NCBI GenBank assembly: GCA_051294375.1 | Contig: CM119270.1 | Location: 198,713 to 262,712 of the forward strand | Length of the DNA: 64,000 bases | Direction: 5' to 3' | Origin: Paraspadella gotoi | Lineage: Eukaryota > Animalia > Chaetognatha | Shown: positions 14,683 through 27,620 of the stretch, one piece after another | Position numbering within the stretch: position 1 is the stretch's first letter | Layout: each line of letters starts with the position of its first letter | Position numbers and translations under genes: made by a program | Notes under the pieces: model-generated | What the model was told of the DNA's origin: nothing | Seen by the model: only the letters and a program-made list of their open reading frames with translations | The model's database searches: none

Positions 14683-15496
14683 TAAACCTGATTGTCATAA
14701 ACACGTTACCAGAGGATAATAACACTTTTGCTCTAGATTTCAGGAAACCCAAAAACAATTTATTAACGACAAATAACGTGCCATTTGAGGTCTTATTTTC
14801 AATGAAATGACACGACATGACTACATGACTACATGACTACAATAACTTTCTGAGCCCGTGTATATTCGACAATACTGCAATCGGAATTACGTCTTTTATT
14901 CTTTATAGTTTTAGGATTTCATGAAGGCGGCGCTAGCAGTCCCTTAGATTTGAGGTCTTTTTCTGTCTTAACAAATGAGCAACTAACTATACTATACGCA
15001 AATTGTGAGCATTTTTAATGTAAGTGGGACAGACCGACAGACAGACAGACTGTCTGACCGACAATTGAAAACTGTATTCACTCATCTCCCCGGTCGTTCT
15101 TTCAATTGATCAATTCGCCTTACTAATTTGATACAGCGTTCATTTGTAAAGTGACAGTACGCTCGCGACACTCTGTATTAGCATGAAAAAAAATGCTGGC
15201 CAAAAAATAGAGGTAGTGGACAGAAAAGCAAAATGGTGTAACCGATGGAGCAGGAAGGAGATCAGGTTGTGCCTTAAACTATTTAGCCTTACTCATGTTA
15301 AAGGAGCTGGTAGGGGACAAGCTGCTGGAGCAGGAAGACGATCATGTTGTGACACAAGATATTCTGCAGTGAACTCGTGCGAAATGTCGGGCAATAATTT
15401 TGGGCGGAAAAAGACGTGAGGAAAGGAAAGGTCGGGGAGATAGCAAGAGGGAGAGATAGTGAAGGGAGAGAGAGAGAGAGAGACGAGAGAGAGAGG

Positions 15497-15535
<39 letters not shown>

Positions 15536-18500
15536 GACTAGACTCAGAGGAGAATAGAGGGAGAGTATGAGGGGAAGAGAGAGAAGAGAGAGAGAGAAGA
15601 GAGATGAGAGAAGAGAGAAAGAGAGAGAGACAGAAGAAAAAGATTTTCGGGGGCAAAGGCTGAAAGACCGCCACGCATAAATTACAAGAAAGAAGGAAAG
15701 AAGAAAAATAAAAGAAGAAAAATGAAGTAGATACAAAAGAAAAGAAAAATAAATTGGTAAGAATTAATAATTAATTGAATGTCAAATTTTTAAGGTTCAG
15801 TAGTTACATGAAACGACCCTTTGTTCACCATGTGTTCCTCTTTGCTTCTCCTGTCATTTAACTTTTTTTTCCAAATCACTAGTTGTATTCGCTTACTCCC
15901 TCTCACTCTTTTCTTCCTTTTCCTTCTCCCTCCTTCATCTCCCTCTCTTTTTCTCCTCCTCTCTCCCTCCCTTCCTCTTCCCTTTTTCTAGTGACCCACC
16001 CTGTAGAAACCATTCCTCCCAAGAGACGCTACCCGATTCTCTCGCTCCAGCCTTCAGTTCCGCTTCGTTGCAAAACAGGAACAGTTGCCTCCTCGCCACC
16101 GGGAACTCTGTCGCCGGAAACTCCGCCCCAACCGGGAACGCTGCCGCCGCCGCCGAGGGTTCGGCACCCACGATCGACGATGCCGCGGAGCAGGTGCCGG
16201 CCAAGGAGATGCCGACGACGCGAGGACAGATGTCGACGGCGGCTGAGGGGAAAAGCGATGCAGGTGGAAAGAGGGAGGGAGGGAGGGAGGAACAGTATAC
16301 CGCTAATGATCGGTCAATTTATTACATAATTAAATTAATTCATTATTTGTTTTACATTAATTGTGGTGTTAATTATTTAAGTGATTAATGAATTTAAAAA
16401 TCAGATAATTAAGATCAGATAAATAATTTGATTAGCTATTTTCCGCAAATGCTCGAGTGCAGATACGGTTCAATTGTTCGCTCAAACTTGTTTTACTCAC
16501 TTGATTAATTACTTCCGTCTTTATTCGCCCTCGTTGTTTCATTGTCTTATTGCGCTGATTTATTTAGAACAGCCAAACTAATATTAAAACTGTACTTTCT
16601 TTATCATTTATTATTCTTAATTAGTTTCTCCCCCTGCTTTTTTTCTTTACCCTTATCTTCTCTTCCTTCCTTTCCTTTCCTTCCTTTCTTGCTTTTCTTT
16701 TCCTTTCCTTTCCTGTTCCTTCCTTTCCTTTCCTTCCTTTTCCTTTCCTTTCCTTTCCTTGCCTTTCTTGTCTTTTCCTTTCTTTTCCTTTCCTTTCCCT
16801 TTTCTTTCCGTTTCTTGTCTTTCCCTTCCTTTCCTTTTCCTTTCCTTCCTTTCTTGCTTTCCTTTCTTTCCTTTTCCTTCCTTTCCTTTCTTTCCTTTCT
16901 TTCCTTTCTTTTCTTTTTCTTTATCCTTTACTTATCTCCCCTAATCCTCTCACGCCACCCAAATCTCGATTCGCACAACAACAACAACAACAACCATTCA
17001 ACCGGCGCCCTTTTTTCCGCCAACCTGAAAAGGTGTGCCGGCCGCCAACGCCGTCTTTCCCGCCGCGGCGCGCGCTCGCAGCGCCCATCCCACCGCGCCG
17101 CGTTTCTTTCTCATCTCTCGTTCTCATGAGTTGGATGTCGTCGGCCGCGGTGCTGGATTCTCCGCTGCGGAACGCCGCGGTGCAGGCGGCCGTTGTTAGC
17201 CGCCGGTGCTGCGCCGGTGCTGGCGCCGACGCCGTTCTCCCACCGGAGGAAAGAGGGGAGATGGGGATGAGGTGGGCGGAGATCTGAGAGGAAGAGAGGG
17301 AGGAGAGGCGTAGAGAGGAGAGAGACGGAGGAAGAAAAGAAAAGAAGGAAAGAGAGGGAGTGGGGAGGGAGGGTAGAGGAGAATGAGAGAAGAAGGGTAA
17401 GGGCGTGAAGGACGAAAGAGGGAGGGAGAAGGAGGGAGGTAAAGGAAAATTGAGAAGGAAGAGAAGGGGGGAAAAGGAGAGGAGGAGAGAGGAGGTGAGA
17501 GGGAGAGAGAGAGAGACGGGAGGGAGAAAAGAAAATAAGGAAAGAGAGGAGTGGAGAGGAGGAGGTAGAGGAGAAAGAAGAGAGAAAGAAGGGGAAAGGA
17601 GAGGAGGAGAGAGGTGAGAAGAGAGGAAACGGTGAAGGGAAAAGAGAGGAGAGAAGAGAGGATAATAAGGATAAGATATCATCGCAAAAAAATGAGCAGT
17701 TAGATCTGATGGACCAAATGCGTTGGCTCTCTTGGCTTTTTCAATTATCTCCTCAGTTAACCACGCCTTGCTTTCCTTCGTTGGTATTTAAAATAAAGAT
17801 AATATAACAAGAGTTAATGAAATGAGAAAGAATGGAAAAAGAAAATTATTTTACTTTTTTATTTAATCATTAGATTAAATGAAAGCCTATTCAATATGTA
17901 ATAAAAAGGTTCAAATGTTAAAGTCAAGGTTGAATGAGAATCCCGAGAAGAAAAAAGCCTGACAAAATTTGAGAGAAAAAAAAGTTTAAAAAAAAATTTT
18001 CTTTTTTTTTTCTTACCGTGAGGAACATCGGGCAACCTGAGGTATCAGACAATGACAACAACAAACAACAACGACGAGAAGATGGGACAAAAACTTTGGC
18101 CAGAAAAAAAAAAACACAGTTAAAAACAGAGCAAAACAAACAGAGGAAAAAAATAGACAAAAAAACTGAAATGGTTTAAAAAAAAAATTTATGAGATTTG
18201 GATCAGACATTTTATGTCTTTCATCCGAAGGTGAAATAAAAGTAGGCCACATTAAAAAAGAAAGGAAAAACGAGGACCTCTCTATTCGACCTTTTTCCCA
18301 CTATAAGCGTTAGGGACATTAAAAAAGGAGAGGGAAAAACGAGTACCTCTCTATTCGGCCTTTCGTCACTAAAGCTTAGGGACATTTTAAAAAGATTAGG
18401 GAAAAACGCAGGAACCTCTCTTTCGACCTTTCTCACTAAACGTGACAACTCGTATACAAAGATCTTGTTTTTTTCCTCTCGTCCCGCTTCCTCCCCTTCT

Positions 18501-21500
18501 CTATCTCTCTCTCTCCCCCTCCCTCCTCTATCTTCCTTCCCTCTCTCCCCCTTCGCCTCTTCATTCTCTCTCTCCCCCCTCCTCCAATCTCTCTCCCTCC
18601 TTCTCTCTCCTCCCTCCTTCTCCCTCGCCTCCCTCATCCCCGACTTCCCTCCCTCCTCCCTCTCCCCCCTCCCTCCCTCCCCCTCTCTCCCNNNNNNNNN
18701 NNNNNNNNNNNNNNNNAAAGATCTTTGTATACGAGTTGTCACGTTTAGTGAGAAAGGTCGAAAGAGAGGTTCCTCGTTTTTCCTATCTTTTTAAATGTCC
18801 CTAACTTTAGTGAGAAAGGCCAAATAGAGAGGTACCTCGTTTTTCCTCTCTTTTTTAATGTCCCTAACCTTATAGTGAAAAAGGTCGAATAGAGAGGTAC
18901 CTCGTTTTTTCCTTTCTTTTTTAATGTGCCTAACTTTTATTTTCACCTTTGGATGAAAGACATAAAATGTCTGGATCCAAATCTCATAAATATTTTTTCT
19001 TTCTTTTTTTTAAACCATTTCAGTTTTTTGTCTATTTTTTTCCTCTGTTTGTTTTTGTCTGTTTTTACTGTGTTTTTTTCTCTGGGCCAAAGTTTTGTCC
19101 CCATCTTTTCGTCGTTGTTGTTGTTGTTGTCATTGTTGATAACCTCAGGTGGCCCGATGTTCCTCACGTAAGAAAAAAAAAAGAATTTTTTTTTTAACTT
19201 TTTTTTTCTCCTCAAATTTTGTCAGGTTTTTTTCTCTCGGGATTTTCATTCAACCCTTGACTTAACATTTGAACCTTTTTACATATTGAATAGGCTTTCA
19301 TTTAATCTATGATTATAATAAAAAAGATCAAATAATTTTCTTTTTCCATATTCTTCTCATTTCATTACTTTGTTATATTATTTTATTTTAATACCAACGA
19401 AGGAAGAAGGCGTGGTTAACTGAGGAGATAATTGAAAAGCCAAGAGAGGCCAACCATTTCGTCCATCAGATCTACTGCTCCATTTTTTGCGATGATACTT
19501 ATCCTTATCATCCTCTCTTCTCTTTTTTCCCTCTCCTTTCCCTCCCTCTTCTCTCTCCTCTACCTCCTCCTCTCCATCCTCTCTTTCCTTTTTTTCTTTT
19601 CTCCTCCGTCTCTCTCTCTCTCCCTCTCCCTCCTCTTCCCTTCCTCCTCCTTTTCCCCCCTTCTCTTCCTTCTCAATTTTCCTTTACCTCCCTCCTTCTC
19701 CCTCCCTCTTTCGTCCTTCACGCCCTTACCCTTCCTCTCTCATTCTCCTCTACCTCCCTCCCTCTCCCACTCCCTCTCTTTCCTTCTTTTCTTTTCTCCC
19801 TCCGTCTCTCTCCCTCTCTCCCTCTCCCTCCCTCTCTTCCTCTTCAGTCTCCCGCCCAACCTCAGTCCATCTCCGCCTCTTTCCCTCCGGTGGAGACGGC
19901 GTCGGCGCCAGCACCGGCGCCTGCACCGGCGGCTACACCGGCGGCGTCGGCAGCGGAGAATCCAGCACCGCGGCCGACGACATCCAACTCATGGAGACGA
20001 GAGATGAGAAGAAACGCGGCGCCGGTGGGATGGCGGCGTTGCGGGCGGCGCCGCGGGCGGGAAAGACGGCGTTGGCGCCGGCCACACCTCTTTCAGGTTG
20101 GCGGGAAAAAAAGGGCGCCGGTTGGAAGGTTGTTGTTGATGTTGTTGTTGTTGTTGTGCGAATGAGATTTGGGTGCGTGAGAGGATTAGGGAGAGATAAG
20201 TAAAGGATGAAAGAAAATAAAGAAAGGAAAAGAAAGGAAAGAAAAGGAAAGGAAAGGAAAGGAAAGGAAAAGACAAGAAAGGAAAGGAAAGGAAAGGAAA
20301 GGAAAGGAAAGGAAAAGACAAGAAAGGAAAGGAAAGGAAAGGAAAGGAAAGGAAAGGGAAGAAAAGGGTAAAGAAAAAAAGCAGGGGGGAAACTAATTAA
20401 GAATATAAATGATAAAGAAAGTACAGTTTATATTAGTTTGCTGTTTAAAATAAATCACGCAATAAGACAAAATGAAACAACGAGGGCGAATAAAGACGGA
20501 AGTAATTAATCAAGTGAGTAAAACAAGTTTGAGCGAACAATGACGTATCTGCACTCGAGCATTTGCGGAAAATAGCTAATCAATTATTTATCTGATCTTA
20601 ATTATCTGATTTTTAATTCATTAATAACTTAAATAATTAACTACAACAATTAATTAAAACAAATAATGAATTATTTAATTATGTAATAAATTACCGATCA
20701 TTAGCGGTATGCTGGTGATCAGATAATTAACTAATTGAATAATTCCTGTGGTAAGAGTTGTTGCAGCTTGAATTCTGCATTTGGTATAAAGAGAAAAAAA
20801 AGCCAAATCAAATAGTGAAATGAGTTTTTTGTATTTTATATTTAAACTCATTTCCACTCGTACAATTCCATAAAAACTTGATTTCCAGCTCAACCACACA
20901 GTCCTTTATCCACACAGAAAATTTTAAGTAAATCAGTAAATGGCGTTCAAACTAAGGTGGGNNNNNNNNNNNNNNNNNNNNNNNNNTATATATAGATAGA
21001 TAGAGGAGAGGGGGAAAGACAGCAGTGCCTATAAGTGTATGCGCGATACCCCAGTCATCAGCAGACAGTGCGAATAGAGATGGTTGGTTGCTCACGCGGA
21101 TCGAGTGCCCAGACGGCGCAGCGGCGGACGGACGAGGGCGTGATGGAGGCGAGTTGCCGCCCCCATCTCCTCACTCACCGCACGCCGCGAGCCCCCTGGC
21201 TGCAGTCAGGGGCGACGGAAACCAATAGATTGTATTGTCTCACACGCACTCATCCGAAGTAGGCGACCGGGCTCCGAGTAAGAAGGATTTTATCGGGGCG
21301 CGGCAGGCGAACCGAGCAGGCGCCAGTGCAGCGACTTGCAATGAGAGGATTGTCATCCCGACTTGGCTCATCCAAGGTCAGGGGACGTCATAACTTTGAT
21401 CCTGTAGCTTGCGCTTAGCCAAACAGATTTTCCGTAAGAGATGTTCTGCAGACGGGTCGGAAGATGATCGCGCTTGTCAAGTGTTGCGTGAGAGAGTGCA

Positions 21501-24500
21501 GTAGCAGAAGAAGAAGGTGTGGTTAGATGTGTGTGAGGTGTGTCGGATTTGGGTTGTTCTACGCAGAGATGGGAAAGCGATTTGTATCCGTAAGAAACTT
21601 TAGAGAAAAAAAGGGAAATAAAATAAGTAGAAGAGAAAGAAATTGGTAATAGTTGTTGTTGGTTACTGTTTGACGCTAGAATGTATCAAAAACAAAGACA
21701 TAAAAAAAATAATTTGTTCAATTGCTCTAGAAAGAGGTTGCAGTAGCTTTCAAATTATCAGTTCACTAAAAACCAAATTTTGACACCCAGCGTTATCTGT
21801 GAAAAGTGACCAGTGTACGCTTCAGACACTCTGTATTAGGCTTAATTTTGCTTAATTGGATTAAAAGATCTACCGAAAAACAAAAAAAAATATTACTCTT
21901 AAACTCCAAAACTATTCGACTGTAAAGAATTTTAAAAATCACGGAATGTCGTCTCAGCTGAGTTCCTGATTTCCGCTGAGAGTCACTTTTTGAAGAAAGT
22001 TTCGTGATTACCTCTTGCGCGTCACTAAACTCTACCTCTTCTCTCTCTCTCTCCGTCCTCATCTCTCTTCACTCTCTCTCTCCTCTCGTGCACTGGGTGC
22101 GCGTATCGGTGTCGTCTCATCTCTCTCATATCGCTCGCATTTCGTATTCCCTTCCTTTCGCTTTTTAACACCACTGGTGCGCTAACTACTTTTCCCTTCA
22201 CCCGGGAAGTTGGAGTACAAAACCAAAGTTTTAATAGAGAAAATACACAACACCAACAACAACAAAGTTTTTTAACTTTATTTTTTTAGGGAGCGGATCT
22301 GAAGAAAACTCATTTAACGAAACGGGAGAAAGAGAACAAGGTAAACTAATTGTCATTGGTAAGGACAAAAAGACGCATGTAGTGATACAGATGGACAAAG
22401 AGACAAACTGACAGATTGACCAACAAACAGATATTATTGCAAACGCGAAAACAGACAGACAGACAGACAGACCACCCTCCAGATTCCCAGACAATCGCGA
22501 GAGAAAAACTCATTAAATTCGCTTTAATGAATAAAATTTCGTTCTAATCGGTTTTTCCCGTCCTTGCAAAAAGGGACGGCCAAAGATGGACACACCCGGG
22601 TCTGTGGGTATTTGCCCACGCGTGGGGTAAAGGACGGTGGGGAAAGATGAACGTGGGGAGTGGGAAGTGGGCAAATGGGGACATTTGGACGAGTCATCAT
22701 TTTGACCTTGGAGAGAGAAAAGGAAATCAATGAGCCTTCTAATGAAAACGTGGGTTCAGGAGGAATGAGGCTCAACTCATGACGAAGATCCATAAAGTAT
22801 TACAAGCACTAAGTAGTAGTATAAATTCAAGTAAAATCATCTATGAATCAATTAAACTACTAAATAATAATAAAAAGCATCGTAAAATTCAAAAGTGTTC
22901 CTAATAATAAAATCGAACATAAATAAATTGACTTGAAATAATTACTACTATATGCAAATAAATTGATTAATTTAATCTCATTTAGTAATATTCTAATATA
23001 TATAATAATAATAAAAAAATATAACAAATAATAATAATTCTTGTAAATATTCTAAGAATCTACTTCTTACAGTAGATGTGTACCAAAGGAGTGTTTCCAC
23101 AAAGTATATGAGTCCACAAAGGACAAGGACCACGAAGAGACATAATGGCGTTGCTCATATTGGCGTTCTCATATTGGCGTTGCTCATATTGGCTAGGTCA
23201 GGATGGGCGAAAGTTAATCGATGGAACGATTAAAAACTCTTCTTAAAATTAAAAGAAAGTCCAGACTGAAAATCAGATCCATCTATCGGACCATTTCTCG
23301 CTGATGAACAAAAAAGGAAACAAAATAGCAACTCCCTGTATAGCTTAAGATCTTCTGTTATTTCTCCAAAGACTAATTAGGTTTTTTTTCGTTTTAAAGA
23401 CGGAATAATCACCTGCAATCAACTCTTCCATCAAGAAAATCGTTGCTTTAAACGATAAGTCATTTTACTTGAATTCAGTTCACGTTTTTTCTAGATCCAG
23501 GGTGTGGAAGGGAATAGACACAGGGCGTGAAGGGATTGACACAGGTGCGTAGAGGTGTATAGATCCCAGTTCCTTTACAAAATTTGAGGAAAATTTGATG
23601 AAGAATAAGACAAATATAATGACTACGAACTTTCAGCCGCATAGTTTTCTGACTCCAATTCCCCTGATTAATGAATGTTAGGATAGAGAAGCAAAATTTT
23701 CCACGCCTCCCCTCCAGAACTGTTGACTTTCTGACACAATAATAGTGACAAAATAACAGAATTCTCAACAGTCGCGGTCACATAAGATTATGCCGCCTTC
23801 TCTGAACACTTGGAGAAGGACATGGTTGCCAAATGTGAATTTTTTTAATTGATTGTGTTTGTCATTACCAAATTGTACCATGAACAAATGTTTTTAATAT
23901 TTTTATCAAAATGACTTTTTCTAATGGATATGATATTGGCTTTTAGGGGCCGCCCCAAAAAAAATATAGGGCTTGCCTTTTTTGTTGCACGCCTCTGCCT
24001 TGAGCCTATCCTTTTTTTCTATTACTCCAACTACCCTTCTATCCCTTTCTCCCTTCTATTACCCCCTGTCCCCTTCTATCTCCCTGTCCCCTTCATCCCC
24101 CTTCCTCTTCTATCCCTCTTCCCCTTTTCTATCCCCCTGTCCCCTTCTATCTCCAAAAAAGAAATAGTTCTCATGGAGGAAAAAAAAAGGAATTGAATTC
24201 TCGTTAATCTTAAAACTAAAGAGAATTTTGGGAGAGAAAGAAAATCTATTAATCGACTTAGAAAGAAGATGAGTTTTGTGGAGAAAACAGGAAGAATTGG
24301 AAAGGATAATTGAGGAGCCTATAAAGTGGTTTTAAAAAGCCTGTTAAGAGGCCTAAAAAACTGGAAAGTTGGTTTTAAAAAGCGCCTTAAGAGGCCTAAA
24401 AAAACTGTAAAGTTGTTTTAAAAAGCCTGTTTAAGAGGCCTAAAAAAAACTGGAAAGTTGGTTTTAAAAAGCCTGTTAAGAGAAAGTAGTCTAAAAGGGT

Positions 24501-25349
24501 AGTTTAAACAAGCCTGTTAGAAAATTTTCAAAGGACAACAAAAAGCCTCGTTAAGTGTAATATGTTTGTCATAGCCTGTTACTAGGCAAAAGAAGACTTA
24601 GTAAAATGTTTTGAAAAGGTTCCGTCATTGCCAAAAACGAAGAACTCATTCTGATAGACTCTATAGAAGTCTTAGAAAGAGAAATGGCTTTGACATTTTC
24701 TTAGACCAACCAATCGCCAATTGCTTTTAATTAAGTTATTAAAGTTCTGTTCTGGACAAATAATTAAGAAATTGATTGATTGATTTTTTCCCTTTAAATT
24801 ACAGTTTCTTTTTTTTACTTTATGTAACTCAAAAGAATTTTAGACAATTTATAACAGCATATGGTTCTCTTTCTTTTTAATCACTTTATTCCAATCCTAA
24901 TACTTCCGTAAATCTAACGAAGGTCAGAAATCTTCTGGCTTCTGTCTCATGGCGACTAATATCGACCCCTGTTTTTATTTTTAATTGATATCGACCCCTG
25001 TTTTTATTTTCAATTGCTCGTTTTCATTTAAAAGGCGACTGAGTCTATGAGCGCCTGACTGCTCTTTCGCGGCGCCCGATCCGTTTTTTAGCGACACCTG
25101 GCAACGCCGTCTTGCAACGCCATCTTGCAACGCCATCTTGCAGCGCCAACGTTGCCTCCCTCTTAGTTTGGCGTTGGTTTATCTGTGGGTTCGAAATTGT
25201 AAAATAAGAAAAAGATGATGATGATGATGATGATGTGATGATGACGATGAGGATGATGATGCATCATGGTTGAATATTCCAAGGACGTTGAGTTGGGGAC
25301 AGAATGAGTTGATTCAAATACAAACGAAAATCGTCGTTGCCGCCATTTA

Positions 25350-25384
<35 letters not shown>

Positions 25385-27374
25385 CTCTCGCCTGCAGTGA
25401 ATTTCTTTCTTCAAACGAAGTCACTGAAGAGCGATTGAGATTCTGGTCGCCTTTGGCCTCAGTCGATAAAAATGACATCGTTGTTTTGAGATGATGATGA
25501 TAAGTCAATGATGTCAACAAAGATGACAATGATGATGATAGTGATGTCAATGATGTCAACAATGATGACAATGAGGGCGATGATGATAACAGAAATGAAG
25601 GTCACGATGATAATGATGTCTCCAACGATAATGATGACGACAATGACAAAGACAACGACAGGGAAAACAATGACAAAAACGATGACGAAGGCAACGATGA
25701 CAATGATGTCAACTAAGATAATGACGACGACGATGACAAAGGCGACAACGGAAAGCAATGACGAAAGCGACGATGACGGCAACGATAAAACGGGTTTCAC
25801 TTCGACTTCTTTGTTGGCAAAAGCGACGACGGTCGAGCGAAATTAATTATGGTGCAGCGACGGTTCATGAGGTTTTGAAGTTCTCGACAAGATTGACGAC
25901 CGCGATGTGAATTACGATGATGAAGACGACGATGGTGACGACGACGATGAAGACGACGACGACGACGACGTCGACTCATTTCTCTACGAGATTTAATTGG
26001 TCTAAATTGATCTGATATTCTGACATCGAACCTCGACTTTCCTTTTCTTAATTCCAAGAATCAACACGATAACAACAACGACAAAAACGACAACAACAAC
26101 AACAATTCTCCCTTTTTTTATATTTCCTTTCCTCTTTAACTCTTTCCTCCGTATTTCTCTTTTTATATTCTTCCCTTTCCTCCTCTTTCAAATATTCTTC
26201 CCTCTGCTCTCTTTTCCACCCTTACGATTCTTCTTTCCATTGCTCCCTTTCCTCTCTTCCTAATCCCTCTTATTTTCCACCCTTTCCTTTCTTGCTAATC
26301 CTTCTTTCTTTTTTTCCATAAATCTCCTCTTAATTCTTATTTCATTTCCTCCTTTTCCTTTCTTCTCCTTTTTTTTCAGCCTTTCTTTCATCCCTTTTCT
26401 TTCCTTTTAATCTTTTCATTTCCTACATTTCCTTTCCTCTTAATCCTTCTTCCCCTTCCTTTCCTCCTAATCCTTTTTTCCTTTCCTATCTTTCCTTTCC
26501 TCTTAATCTTTCCTCTCTTTCCTCCCATTCCTTTCCTCTTCCTCTTCTTTCCTTTCCTCCCTATCTTCTTCTATTTTTTTCTCTTCATCCTTCTTTCCTT
26601 TCCTCCCTTTCTTTTCATCTTAATCCTTTTTTCCTTTCCTCCCGTTCTTTTCATCTTAATCCTTCTTTCCTTTCCTCCCTTTCCTTTCTTCTTAATCATT
26701 CTTTCCTTTCCTCCCATTCCTTCCTCTTAATCCTTCTTTCCTTTCCTCCTTTTCTTTTCATCTTAATTCTTCTTTCCTTTCCTCCTTCTTTCCTTTCCTG
26801 TTAATCTTTCTTTCATCTCCTCCCTTTCCTTTCCTCCCTTTCCTTTCCTCTTAATCATTCATTACTTTCCTTCATTTCTTCTCTTCTTAACTCTCCTTTC
26901 CTTTCCTCTTCATTCTTCTTTCCTTTCTTCCCCTTCCTTTCCTTTTAATCCTTCATTCCTTTCCTTCCTTTCCTTTCCTCTTAATCCTTCCTCCATTTCC
27001 TCCCTTTCCTTTCTTATTAATCCTTCTTTCCTTTCCTCAATTTCTTCTTCTCTTCATTCTTCTTTCCTTTCCTCAATTTCTTCTTCTCTTAATCCGTCTT
27101 TCCTTTCCTCCCTTTCCTCTTAATCCTTCCTCCATTTCCTCCCTTTCCTTTCCTATTAATCTTCTTTCCTTTTCTCCTATTTCTTTCTTCTTAATCATTC
27201 TTTCCTTTCCTCCCATTCCTTTCCTCTTTATCCTACTTTCCTTTCCTCCCTTTCCTTTTCCCCAGATCGACGAAAGGCCGACTCTTCCTCATCTCGTTCA
27301 AACTCACGACGAAAATCCTTCGTCGACAGATTTCCGACGACGTACAAGAAGTTTAGAGTCAAAAGAGGTGAAGA

Positions 27375-27451
<77 letters not shown>

Positions 27452-27556
27452 CTTCTAAAAGATAAAGATAAATTAATAAATGATTGAATAAATAAATAAG
27501 TAATGAATCAATGAATCAATAATTTATCTCACTCACCATTCCTTTGTCTGCCTCTG

Positions 27557-27620
<64 letters not shown>

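Noticed and set aside
16950-17190. Plus-strand ICL3 exon with poly-Asn
   Set aside because: This block is the inverted copy; the native orientation is 19848-20172.
22657-22680. G-quadruplex motif GGGGAGTGGGAAGTGGGCAAATGGGG
   Set aside because: A single intronic match with no supporting context.
25200-26000. Stop-codon reassignment or readthrough
   Set aside because: Clean genes in the window end at standard TAA/TGA and their accurate exons have no internal stops.
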